Origin: Alkanindiges illinoisensis DSM 15370
GTDB taxonomy: Bacteria > Pseudomonadota > Gammaproteobacteria > Pseudomonadales > Moraxellaceae
NCBI RefSeq assembly: GCF_000619845.1
Contig: NZ_JHUX01000008.1
Coordinates: 120,001-152,000 of the forward strand
Reading direction: 5' to 3'
DNA: 32,000 bases
A program made the translations under genes and the position numbers. The notes beneath the pieces are model-generated. The model ran no database searches, was not told the origin of the DNA, and saw nothing but the letters and a program-made list of their open reading frames with translations. Below, one piece after another: positions 8,103-17,005 of this stretch (position 1 is the first letter of the stretch; each line of letters begins with the position of its first letter).

Positions 8103-10727
8103 ATGAATACACAATACCGTAAGCCCTTACCCGGTACCCAGCTTGACTACTTTGATGTTCGCGCCGCAGTTGAAGCCATTCAGCCCGGTAGCTATGACAC
8201 CCTGCCGTATACCTCGCGCGTGCTGGCGGAACAACTGGTACGCCGTGCCGAACCCGAGCACTTAACTGATTACCTCACCCAATTGATTGAGCGCCGTCAG
8301 GATCTGGATTTTCCATGGTATCCGGCCCGCGTGGTGTGCCATGACATTTTGGGCCAGACTGCACTGGTTGACCTTGCTGGCCTGCGTGATGCCATTGCCG
8401 ATCAGGGTGGTGATCCTTCCAAAGTCAATCCGGTGGTGCCAACCCAGCTGATTGTGGATCACTCACTGGCTGTAGAGTGTGGCGGTTTTGATCCTGATGC
8501 GTTTGAAAAAAACCGCGCCATTGAAGACCGTCGCAACGAAGACCGTTTCCATTTTATTGAATGGACCAAAACTGCGTTTAAAAACGTGGATGTTATTCCA
8601 GCCGGTAACGGCATCATGCACCAGATCAATCTGGAAAAAATGTCGCCGGTTATTCAGAATCGTGATGGCATTGCATTCCCGGATACCTGTGTAGGCACTG
8701 ATTCGCACACCCCGCACGTGGATGCGCTGGGTGTGATTGCGATTGGTGTGGGTGGTCTGGAAGCAGAAACTGTGATGCTGGGCCGTGCTTCCATGATGCG
8801 CCTGCCGGATATTGTCGGCGTGGAATTGGTTGGCCAGCGTCAACCCGGCATTACCGCAACTGATATTGTGCTGGCTCTAACGGAATTCCTGCGTAAAGAG
8901 CGTGTGGTCGGCGCTTACCTTGAGTTCTTTGGCGAAGGTGCGGACAGCATGACCATTGGTGACCGCGCCACCATTTCCAACATGACGCCAGAATACGGTG
9001 CAACTGCCGCCATGTTCTCCATTGACCAGCAAACACTGGACTATTTAAAGCTCACTGGCCGTGAAGACGAGCAGGTAGCACTGGTGGAAACCTACGCCAA
9101 AGCCACTGGCCTGTGGGCAGATAGCTTAAAAACTGCGGTGTATCCACGCGTACTGAAATTTGACCTGTCCACGGTTACCCGTAACATGGCTGGCCCATCC
9201 AACCCGCATGCGCGCGTGTCAACCAGTGACTTGGCTGCCAAGGGCATTGCTGGCGTGGTAGAAAATCGCACTGATGGCCTGATGCCAGATGGCGCAGTGA
9301 TTATTGCAGCCATTACCTCCTGTACCAATACTTCCAACCCGCGCAATACCGTGGCGGCTGGTTTGCTGGCCAAAAAAGCCAATGAACTGGGCCTGACCCG
9401 CAAGCCATGGGTAAAAAGCTCGTTTGCACCGGGTTCCAAGGCTGCTGCGCTGTATCTGGAAGAAGCCGGCGTATTAAATGAACTGGAAAAACTGGGCTTT
9501 GGTATTGTGGCATTTGCCTGCACCACCTGTAACGGCATGTCTGGCGCGTTAGATCCACAAATCCAGCAGGAAATTATTGACCGCGATTTGTACGCCACTG
9601 CCGTGTTGTCCGGTAACCGTAACTTTGATGGCCGCATTCATCCCTATGCCAAGCAGGCCTTTTTGGCATCCCCACCGCTGGTCGTAGCCTATGCGATTGC
9701 TGGTACTATTCGTTTTGACATTGAAAAAGACGTATTGGGCACCGACAAAAACGGCAATCCGGTATATCTAAAAGACATCTGGCCAAGTGATGAAGAAATT
9801 GATGCACTGGTAGCCAAGAGCGTGAAGCCGGAACAATTCCGCAAGGTTTATATTCCCATGTTTGACCTTGGTGAAATTGAACAGGCAGAAAGCCCACTGT
9901 ACGACTGGCGTCCGATGTCAACCTACATTCGTCGTCCGCCGTACTGGGATACGGAAGGCATGGGCGCGCTGGCTGCCAATCCACGTACCCTGACAGGTAT
10001 GCGTCCACTGGCGGTACTGCCAGACAACATCACCACCGACCATTTGTCGCCCTCCAATGCGATTCTGGCCAGCAGTGCAGCGGGTGAATATCTTGCCAAA
10101 ATGGGCCTGCCGGAAGAAGACTTTAACTCTTATGCCACCCATCGCGGCGACCATTTGACCGCCATGCGCGCTACCTTTGCTAACCCGAAATTACTGAATG
10201 AAATGGTGCGCAATGAAGCGGGCAAGGTGATTCAGGGTTCACTGGCGCGTGTTGAGCCAGAAGGTCAGGTGACCCGCATGTGGGAAGCCATTGAAACCTA
10301 TATGACCCGCAAGCAGCCGCTGATTATTATTGCCGGTGCGGATTATGGTCAGGGTTCCAGTCGTGACTGGGCGGCCAAAGGTGTGCGTCTGGCAGGTGTT
10401 GAAGCGATTGTGGCGGAAGGCTTTGAGCGCATTCACCGTACCAACCTGATTGGCATGGGTGTATTGCCATTGGAGTTTAAGGCAGGCACCAACCGCAATA
10501 CCTTGAACATTGATGGCACTGAAACCTTTGATGTGATTGGCCAACATACGCCACGCGCTGAGCTGACACTGGTGATTCATCGGGCAAATGGTGAAAGCCT
10601 TGAAGTGCCAGTGATCTCGCGTCTGGATACTGCCGAAGAAGTGCTGATTTATGAAGCCGGTGGTGTGCTGCAGCGCTTTGCCAAGGACTTTTTAGAAGGC
10701 AATGTTGAAGTAGAAGCGACTGCTTAA
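8103..10727 (+). CDS. acnD: Fe/S-dependent 2-methylcitrate dehydratase (aconitase family AcnD)
   Basis: Starts MNTQYRKPLPGT.LDYFD...LPYTSRVLAEQLVRR as AcnD proteins do. ARVVCHDILGQTALVDLAGLRD and NGIMHQINLE are present, along with cluster cysteines in ITSCTNTSN and CTTCNG. An in-frame upstream ATG at 8013 exists; see the rejected list. Confidence 0.88.
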   Translation: MNTQYRKPLPGTQLDYFDVRAAVEAIQPGSYDTLPYTSRVLAEQLVRRAEPEHLTDYLTQLIERRQDLDFPWYPARVVCHDILGQTALVDLAGLRDAIADQGGDPSKVNPVVPTQLIVDHSLAVECGGFDPDAFEKNRAIEDRRNEDRFHFIEWTKTAFKNVDVIPAGNGIMHQINLEKMSPVIQNRDGIAFPDTCVGTDSHTPHVDALGVIAIGVGGLEAETVMLGRASMMRLPDIVGVELVGQRQPGITATDIVLALTEFLRKERVVGAYLEFFGEGADSMTIGDRATISNMTPEYGATAAMFSIDQQTLDYLKLTGREDEQVALVETYAKATGLWADSLKTAVYPRVLKFDLSTVTRNMAGPSNPHARVSTSDLAAKGIAGVVENRTDGLMPDGAVIIAAITSCTNTSNPRNTVAAGLLAKKANELGLTRKPWVKSSFAPGSKAAALYLEEAGVLNELEKLGFGIVAFACTTCNGMSGALDPQIQQEIIDRDLYATAVLSGNRNFDGRIHPYAKQAFLASPPLVVAYAIAGTIRFDIEKDVLGTDKNGNPVYLKDIWPSDEEIDALVAKSVKPEQFRKVYIPMFDLGEIEQAESPLYDWRPMSTYIRRPPYWDTEGMGALAANPRTLTGMRPLAVLPDNITTDHLSPSNAILASSAAGEYLAKMGLPEEDFNSYATHRGDHLTAMRATFANPKLLNEMVRNEAGKVIQGSLARVEPEGQVTRMWEAIETYMTRKQPLIIIAGADYGQGSSRDWAAKGVRLAGVEAIVAEGFERIHRTNLIGMGVLPLEFKAGTNRNTLNIDGTETFDVIGQHTPRAELTLVIHRANGESLEVPVISRLDTAEEVLIYEAGGVLQRFAKDFLEGNVEVEATA

Positions 10728-10751
10728 ACTGTTTGATTTTGTTTTAAAAAA

Positions 10752-10776
10752 GCCCTACTGTGAAGTGGGGTTTTTC
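10752..10776 (+). terminator. Rho-independent terminator after acnD
   Basis: Stem CCCTACT/AGTGGGG (one G-U pair) with loop GTGA, followed by TTTTT. Confidence 0.75.
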
Positions 10777-10845
10777 TATATGTGAACTACTAATAAATAA
10801 CGTAACTATAGAGTAAGTTTAAAAAATACTTGGGGTAAAGTTTAA

Positions 10846-11340
10846 ATGCAGCGTTTAATGATTGTTTTAGTCATTGGCTTGGGGCTATTTTATATTCAAT
10901 CCACAATGGCATTTTCTGAAGCGCATGTCATGCGCTGGATTGCGGAATATAACAATAAAACTATCGCAGGGGATTCCACAGTTTGTGACGATTTTACCGA
11001 TGATGTTGAAGTCAATATTTTTGCTGAAACCCTGCAAGGTCATTGGGAAGTTGAAGGCGGTAAGGATGAAATGTGTGGCTATTTAAGGCAGGCCTCAGCA
11101 GCATTTATCGTACTTCAGGCTTCGACCAATACCCAGTTTGACAGCTTACAGATTGAGCGCGGCGGCTTCCCGTGGACATCGGCACAGGTGAAGTATCACT
11201 ACAAGGCAAGCATGCAGGCAGACCGGATTCCAACCATGACTGTGGATGGCAATGACACGTTAATACTGTCAAAGAGTGTTTTTTCAGGCCTAAAAATCAA
11301 ATCCCTGGAATCAAAATCGACCACTACAGTAGGTCACTAA
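10846..11340 (+). CDS. Hypothetical secreted protein (signal peptide; possibly NTF2/SnoaL-like fold)
   Basis: N-terminal hydrophobic signal MQRLMIVLVIGLGLFYIQSTMA. No family recognised. AT-richer than its surroundings. Confidence 0.6.
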   Translation: MQRLMIVLVIGLGLFYIQSTMAFSEAHVMRWIAEYNNKTIAGDSTVCDDFTDDVEVNIFAETLQGHWEVEGGKDEMCGYLRQASAAFIVLQASTNTQFDSLQIERGGFPWTSAQVKYHYKASMQADRIPTMTVDGNDTLILSKSVFSGLKIKSLESKSTTTVGH

Positions 11341-11437
11341 GTCTTTAATTTAATTATTTATAAGTACTTACATTGCCTTTGACAGGTTCAGGCTCGTTGG
11401 TTGAGCTTGTCGAAACCGTGTTTTTGGAAGAAGTTTA

Positions 11438-11905
11438 ATGATGAAGACTTCAATAAATCAGAGAAAACCAATGAACAAAATTATTTCAGCAGGCACAAGT
11501 TCAGCCTTTTTATATATTTATCATTATATTGTACTGCTGGCGATATCTTTGGCCTTGATGTTCTGGATAAAGATTCTGGCAGGAATCCCAGTCTTGCTGA
11601 TGATTGCATTGTTCAGGGATGCCAAAACTATGCACTATGAGCTAACGGATAAAACCCTTTATATTTCAGCAAGTCTTCTAGATGAGGAAACTACTATTGT
11701 TAAGCTGGAAGATGTTAAAGGTTTTTATATTGTTGACCGACAACCATGGAGGTTCATTTCTTTAGGTACAGTACTGGTAATTACGGATGTTGAAGCAGAA
11801 AGTCATCCCTGCATTAAGTGTATAAAAAATCCGTTTCAGTTAGCTAAAATCATTAAAAGGTACGCCTTGAAGAATGGTGCAAATATTGATGAGAGTTTTG
11901 CTTGA
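11438..11905 (+). CDS. Membrane protein with bacterial PH (YdbS/YdbT-like bPH) domain
   Basis: Two N-terminal TM helices, then YELTDKTLYI...I.LEDVKGFYIVDRQPWRFISLGTVLVIT, which resembles the bPH_2 domain. Strongly AT-rich. Confidence 0.65.
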   Translation: MMKTSINQRKPMNKIISAGTSSAFLYIYHYIVLLAISLALMFWIKILAGIPVLLMIALFRDAKTMHYELTDKTLYISASLLDEETTIVKLEDVKGFYIVDRQPWRFISLGTVLVITDVEAESHPCIKCIKNPFQLAKIIKRYALKNGANIDESFA

Positions 11906-12042
11906 ACAGTGATCTGATCATAAAAAATTATATCGGCGTAAACGTCACGGTCATCAAAAATCATATACCCATCGCTAAAATCCTAATAGTGTTGACCAAT
12001 CATTAAACTCACACACATTGCAAATCAAGGAGAGGAAGAAAT

Positions 12043-12432
12043 ATGTTTAATCACATTATGGTTGGAACAAACGACATCGAACGTTCAAAGCAGTTTTATA
12101 ATGCTGTACTTGCCACACTAGGTGTGGGTGAACCGCTGGTGAACAAGGCAAATAGCGGACATACCCGACTTTTTTATCGCCACGATGGCAATACATTTGG
12201 CATTAGCGAACCTATAAATGACGAACCCGCAACCTGTGCCAATGGCGCAACCATTGGTTTTAAGTGCAACTCACCTGAACAAGTGCAGCAATTCCATGAT
12301 GTGGCAGTTGCACACGGCGGTACTTCTATTGAGGACATGCCGGGCTTGCGCCAAACCAGCCTAGGTGCGCTGCACTTAGCTTATGTGCGTGATCCGGACG
12401 GCAATAAACTGTGCGCCATTTATCGGCCTTAA
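12043..12432 (+). CDS. VOC (glyoxalase/bleomycin-resistance/dioxygenase) family protein
   Basis: MFNHIMVGTNDIERSKQFY... and a C-terminal YVRDPDGNKL motif typical of small VOC proteins. Strong SD AAGGAGAGGAAG. Confidence 0.8.
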   Translation: MFNHIMVGTNDIERSKQFYNAVLATLGVGEPLVNKANSGHTRLFYRHDGNTFGISEPINDEPATCANGATIGFKCNSPEQVQQFHDVAVAHGGTSIEDMPGLRQTSLGALHLAYVRDPDGNKLCAIYRP

Positions 12433-12626
12433 TCTGTTGTTCTGGCATTGCATCGGCTAATTACGAGTAAGTCTTTGAACGATATCGCGTTGTATTTTTA
12501 AGCCGCGCGATAGATGGCTATACTGAGTTTACTGTGATCAGCAGCTATAATGTGTTTAATAATTAAAGGCAATTTAGGGTTATCCCTTCAAAGTAGCCTT
12601 GTATACTACAGGCTCTTAAAATCTTA

Positions 12627-13307
12627 TTGTCATCTATTTTCGTGCCGCTAAACGACCATTTTATTTACACGCCGCCACAAGGTTCACTTCATGTCCTTTA
12701 TGAGGATGATGACCTGATCGTAATTGATAAACCAGCGGGGTTGCTGTCCGTGCCCGGTCGCTTGCCAGAACATCAGGACAGCGCCTATTTACGGGTTTTA
12801 GAAAAGTATCCTTTGGCCAAAGTTACGCATCGGCTGGATATGGCAACCTCAGGCATTTTACTGTTTGCGAAGCATCGGGATGCCGAAGTGGCCATCAGTA
12901 AAATGTTTCAGGCCAGAAGTGTTAAAAAGAATTATGTGGCACTGGTGCAGGGACAATTGGCTGGTGAGGGCAGTATTGAAGTGCCGCTAATCACTGACTG
13001 GCCCAATCGTCCCAAACAAAAAGTAGATTTTGAAATTGGCAAACCTGCCAAAACCTTATACCAGCAGCTTGAATATGATGCCGGACAAGACATTAGCCGG
13101 ATTTTGCTAGAGCCGATTACCGGGCGTTCACACCAGCTTCGTGTGCATCTGGCGCATATCGGCCACCCTATTACTGGCGACAAGCTGTATCACTTTAATC
13201 CCACAGCCAGCCTGTTAAACCGCCTAGCGTTGCATGCCAGCTATCTGGCCTTTACCCATCCCCTGCAAGGTCATCATCTGGTGCTTGAATCAACGGTGCC
13301 GTTTTAG
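12627..13307 (+). CDS. rluA: Pseudouridine synthase RluA (23S rRNA U746 / tRNA U32)
   Basis: Colinear with E. coli RluA as recalled: VIDKPAGLLSVPGR, HRLDMATSGILLF (catalytic Asp), DWPNRPKQKV and ITGRSHQLRVH. The start is uncertain (TTG at 12627, no clear SD). Confidence 0.88.
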   Translation: MSSIFVPLNDHFIYTPPQGSLHVLYEDDDLIVIDKPAGLLSVPGRLPEHQDSAYLRVLEKYPLAKVTHRLDMATSGILLFAKHRDAEVAISKMFQARSVKKNYVALVQGQLAGEGSIEVPLITDWPNRPKQKVDFEIGKPAKTLYQQLEYDAGQDISRILLEPITGRSHQLRVHLAHIGHPITGDKLYHFNPTASLLNRLALHASYLAFTHPLQGHHLVLESTVPF

Positions 13308-13393
13308 CAGTACTCTTTTAGCAGCGGCCTGCCAGTTGCCACATGAAATGATGTTTTTGCGCGTATAATGCAGCACATGATGTAATTGAAGTA

Positions 13394-14209
13394 ATGATGA
13401 TGACTGCACCAAAGACTGAACCTGTTCGCCTTGCCAAAGTAGTGAGTGAATTACGTGCCTGTTCGCGCCGCGATGCCGAGCATTATATTGCTGGTGGCTG
13501 GGTCATGGTGAATGGGGTGGTGGTAGAGCAGCCCAATTACCTGATTACCGATCAGCGCGTAGAGGTGGATGCAGCCGCTAATTTAAAACCGCTGGCACCA
13601 GTCACCATTTTGTTTAACAAGCCTGCCGGCTATGATTTTGGCCTAACGCAAAGCTTGATCACGCGTGGTTTGAATCACCCCAAAATGCACAGCCAGCTGA
13701 GTCCTGAGCAAATGGATTTGCTTAAATTTGATGCATTGCAACTCATTACGTTAGAGACTCAGGCCAAGGATGACCGCTCCAATATTCGCCCCTTGCGCTC
13801 ACATTTTCAAAAGCTTATTCCCACGCTGCCACTAGAAAGTGCCGCCAGTGGCCTGGTGGTGTATACGCAAGACAAATCAGTAGCACGTAAGCTGATTGAT
13901 GATGCCAGCCGGGTGGAGCAGGAATTTATTGTCAAGGTACAAGGCACGTTGTCTGATGATGATTTAAGACGCCTGAATCAAGGCTTTTATGCGCAAAGCA
14001 AATTGCTGCCAGCCGCAAAAGTGAGCTGGCAAAATGAAGATCATTTGCGTATTGCCTTAAAAAATGTGCAGCTCGACCAGATTGAAACCATGTGTCAGGC
14101 GGTGGGCTTGCAGGTGCTGGAATTACGGCGCTTACGGATTGGCCGCCTCTCGAAAGCCAAACTGGCGGTGGGTGAATGGCGCTATTTGCTGCCTTATGAA
14201 AAGTTTTAG
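13394..14209 (+). CDS. S4-domain RsuA/RluF-family pseudouridine synthase homologue with degenerate active site
   Basis: N-terminal S4 domain (VRLAKVVSELRACSRRDAEHYIAGGWVMVNG), NKPAGY, EQEFIVKV and LAVGEWRYL are colinear with RluF/RsuA. The GRLD..T.GL motif reads LPLESAASGL instead. Confidence 0.75.
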   Translation: MMMTAPKTEPVRLAKVVSELRACSRRDAEHYIAGGWVMVNGVVVEQPNYLITDQRVEVDAAANLKPLAPVTILFNKPAGYDFGLTQSLITRGLNHPKMHSQLSPEQMDLLKFDALQLITLETQAKDDRSNIRPLRSHFQKLIPTLPLESAASGLVVYTQDKSVARKLIDDASRVEQEFIVKVQGTLSDDDLRRLNQGFYAQSKLLPAAKVSWQNEDHLRIALKNVQLDQIETMCQAVGLQVLELRRLRIGRLSKAKLAVGEWRYLLPYEKF

Positions 14210-14279
14210 ACGGTTTTACAGCATAAGGATTACAGGCTGGCCAGATTAATAAAACATCAGTAAAACCCGGGAGCGCCTG

Positions 14280-14930
14280 ATGAAAAAACTGCTTCTCACG
14301 GCCTTTGAACCATTCGCTGGCCAGCAGATTAATCCAACGCTTGAGATCGTGAAAGACATCCGTGCCATGGCGTTTGCCAATGCTCAGCTAGAGGTTTTAG
14401 AGCTGCCTGTCGCCTGTTTCGATGCAGTGGAACTCACCATTCATCGTATGGGTGAGTTTAAGCCAGATATCATATTGATGCTGGGTGAAGCCGGTGGACG
14501 TGCCAGTATTCATCCTGAACGCGTTGCCATTAACATGGATGATTTCAATATTCCTGATAACACAGGCCATCAGTTAAAAGGCAAGCCCATTATCGACGGG
14601 GCGCCAGTCGGCTATTTTTCGAGCTTACCCATTAATGAAATTGTTGATCAGTTAAAACAAGCCCATATTCCAGCAGAAATATCCAATACGGCTGGGCTAT
14701 ATGTCTGCAATCGGCTGTTTTACAGTGTGATGCATTTTATTGCCAAAAATGATTTGCCGACATTGGCCGGATTTATCCATGTGCCGTATTTGCATGAGCA
14801 AACCTTGAGTCTCAATGTAGAGCGTCACAGCCCGGATGTTCCATGGCTAGCACGGGAAGTGATGGTAGCGGGAATAAAAATCGCCATTGAAGTGTGCTTA
14901 AGGCAAGATAGCAGGCCGCAGTTTATTTAA
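14280..14930 (+). CDS. pcp: Pyroglutamyl-peptidase I (pyrrolidone-carboxylate peptidase)
   Basis: MKKLLLTAFEPF...INPT, GEAGGR...ERVAIN, catalytic Cys in AGLYVCN and His in GFIHVP. Confidence 0.9.
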   Translation: MKKLLLTAFEPFAGQQINPTLEIVKDIRAMAFANAQLEVLELPVACFDAVELTIHRMGEFKPDIILMLGEAGGRASIHPERVAINMDDFNIPDNTGHQLKGKPIIDGAPVGYFSSLPINEIVDQLKQAHIPAEISNTAGLYVCNRLFYSVMHFIAKNDLPTLAGFIHVPYLHEQTLSLNVERHSPDVPWLAREVMVAGIKIAIEVCLRQDSRPQFI

Positions 14931-15084
14931 GAGAATAATTATTGTTATTAAATCTGGCTATTAAATAAAGTCCGCAAGATTCGGGTCGGCAGGCAGGCAA
15001 GGTCTGCCTAGTATGGCAATAGATCAGGCTTGACCTGAGCAAAAAACTGATCCCATTAATGACCTTATTAAAAAGAGCCTTGCC

Positions 15085-15924
15085 ATGACAACATCAAACC
15101 CTGTTTCATCAGCTCAGTCTTCGTTAATTAGCGCTTTACCCAATAACCATTTATTCAATAGCCTGTTATTAAAAGGCAAGGTGGCCATTATTACAGGGGC
15201 CAGCAGCGGAATTGGCTATGCCACTGCCCAGCTATTTGCCAGGCAAGGCGCAGCAGTGGTGCTTGCTGCCCGACGGCAGGCCGAGCTGGTTCAACTGGTG
15301 GCTGAAATTCGGGCACAAGGTGGTCAAGCAGTTGCACTGGCTGGTGATGTCGGGCATGAGGCATTTGCCCAGCAATTGGTTGAGCTTGCCATCCGGCAGT
15401 TTGGGCGGCTGGACATTGCCTTTAACAATGCAGCCATACTGGGCACAATGGGGCCAGTACCGGAGATGTCACTACAGCAGTGGAATGAGGTCATGCAAAC
15501 CAATTTAACCAGTGCTTTTCTGGCAGCAAAATACCAGTTGCCGGCCATATTAACCTCAGGTGGTGGTTCGCTGATTTTTACCTCTACCTTTGTAGGTTAT
15601 ACCGCAGGAATGCCGGGCATAGCTGCCTATGCCGCCAGCAAGGCAGGCTTAATTGGCCTGACCAAAGTACTGGCCACTGAATACGGCGCGCAGAAAATCC
15701 GGGTGAATGCGCTATTGCCGGGTGGCACGGATACGCCCACAGGTCGTGAGTTTGCCAGTACGCCTGACGCCCTTGAGTTTATAGCCAGCCTGCATGCCTT
15801 AAAGCGTATGGCAAACCCGGCAGAAATTGCCCAGTCGGCATTATATTTAGCCTCTGATCTATCCAGTTTTACTACGGGTACGGCACTGCTGGTAGATGGC
15901 GGCATTTCGATTAATCATGTTTAG
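15085..15924 (+). CDS. Short-chain dehydrogenase/reductase (classical SDR)
   Basis: TGASSGIG cofactor motif, NNAA, and catalytic YAASKAG (YxxxK). About 30 aa of N-terminal extension precede the Rossmann fold. Confidence 0.85.
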   Translation: MTTSNPVSSAQSSLISALPNNHLFNSLLLKGKVAIITGASSGIGYATAQLFARQGAAVVLAARRQAELVQLVAEIRAQGGQAVALAGDVGHEAFAQQLVELAIRQFGRLDIAFNNAAILGTMGPVPEMSLQQWNEVMQTNLTSAFLAAKYQLPAILTSGGGSLIFTSTFVGYTAGMPGIAAYAASKAGLIGLTKVLATEYGAQKIRVNALLPGGTDTPTGREFASTPDALEFIASLHALKRMANPAEIAQSALYLASDLSSFTTGTALLVDGGISINHV

Positions 15925-15978
15925 TTATAGTTTTTTACACTGCTAAATGTTAGTTCACCCAATTAAGAGTAAACCCAT

Positions 15979-16878
15979 ATGCCAGATTATGCCTGTATTG
16001 ATTATGAGCGCATTGAAAAAGCCATTGCCTATCTGGTGGATCATGTGGGTGAGCAACCCAGTCTGGAGGAGATGGCCGCGCAGGTACATTTAAGCCCGTT
16101 TCATTTTCAGCGCCTGTTTTGCCAATGGGCTGGTACCACGCCCAAGCGCTTTTTACAGGTGTTAACCCTTGAGCGTGGCAAGCAGTTGTTGCAGCAGTCG
16201 CGCTCAGTGCTGGAGGTATCACATGATATTGGCCTAAGCGGCAGTTCACGCCTGCATGATCATTTTGTGCAGCTTGAAGCCGTGACGCCGGGCGAGTTTA
16301 AGCAAAAAGGCCGGGATTTGCAGATTGATTATGGCGTGCATGCGACGCCGTTTGGGCCGTTATTTATTGCCATGACCCAGCGGGGTATTTGCCGCGCCAG
16401 CTTTGTAGATTTTAGCTCACTGGAGCATGAGCTGGCTGCCCTGCAACAGGCATGGCCATTGAGTATCTTGCAGCATAATGAAAGTCTAACAGCGCCTGTG
16501 GTTGACCGTATGTTTTCGTTGCAATACGACAAGCACGACAGCCTGTACAAGCCGTTTTCGCTGCATGTATCAGGCACCAATTTTCAGGTGGCGGTGTGGC
16601 GCGCTTTGCTCAAAATTCCATCGGGTAGTCTGGTCAGTTATTCCGAACTGGCCAATACGCTGGGCTATCCCAAGGCATCACGGGCAGTGGCCAATGCCAT
16701 TGGTGCCAATCCGGTGGCCTGGATGATTCCCTGCCATCGGGTCATCCGGGAAAGTGGCGCGCTGGGTGGCTATCGCTGGGGCGTACCGAAAAAACAACTG
16801 ATTCAAACCTGGGAACGCCTGCACATTGCGCCTGCTGATGAAGTGGTGGATTCATCAATGAACACTGAACAAGACTAA
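15979..16878 (+). CDS. AraC-type HTH fused to O6-methylguanine-DNA methyltransferase (Ada-like, lacking the N-terminal Zn methyl-phosphotriester domain)
   Basis: N-terminal AraC HTH (LEEMAAQVHLSPFHFQRLF...TPKRF). C-terminal MGMT domain with active-site IPCHRVI and a helix-turn-helix (YSELANTLGYPKASRAVANA). Confidence 0.85.
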   Translation: MPDYACIDYERIEKAIAYLVDHVGEQPSLEEMAAQVHLSPFHFQRLFCQWAGTTPKRFLQVLTLERGKQLLQQSRSVLEVSHDIGLSGSSRLHDHFVQLEAVTPGEFKQKGRDLQIDYGVHATPFGPLFIAMTQRGICRASFVDFSSLEHELAALQQAWPLSILQHNESLTAPVVDRMFSLQYDKHDSLYKPFSLHVSGTNFQVAVWRALLKIPSGSLVSYSELANTLGYPKASRAVANAIGANPVAWMIPCHRVIRESGALGGYRWGVPKKQLIQTWERLHIAPADEVVDSSMNTEQD

Positions 16879-17005
16879 GGGTCAACAGTAAAATAAACAC
16901 AAAAATACCAACCACAAAGTTGCCAGCTTGTATGCTCAAGGCATAGAAAACCAGCAAAAAACCAGCGAGTACTTTATGCAATTTTGCCAAAAACCAAGTC
17001 AGGCG

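Noticed and set aside
11401-11640. A 79-aa ORF overlapping the 5' part of the bPH-domain gene in another frame, and similar nested ORFs at 3185-3580, 10874-11086, 14064-14249, 15212-15508 and 28165-28368.
   Set aside because: They are out-of-frame overlaps with better-supported genes on the same strand, and have no independent SD or motif support.
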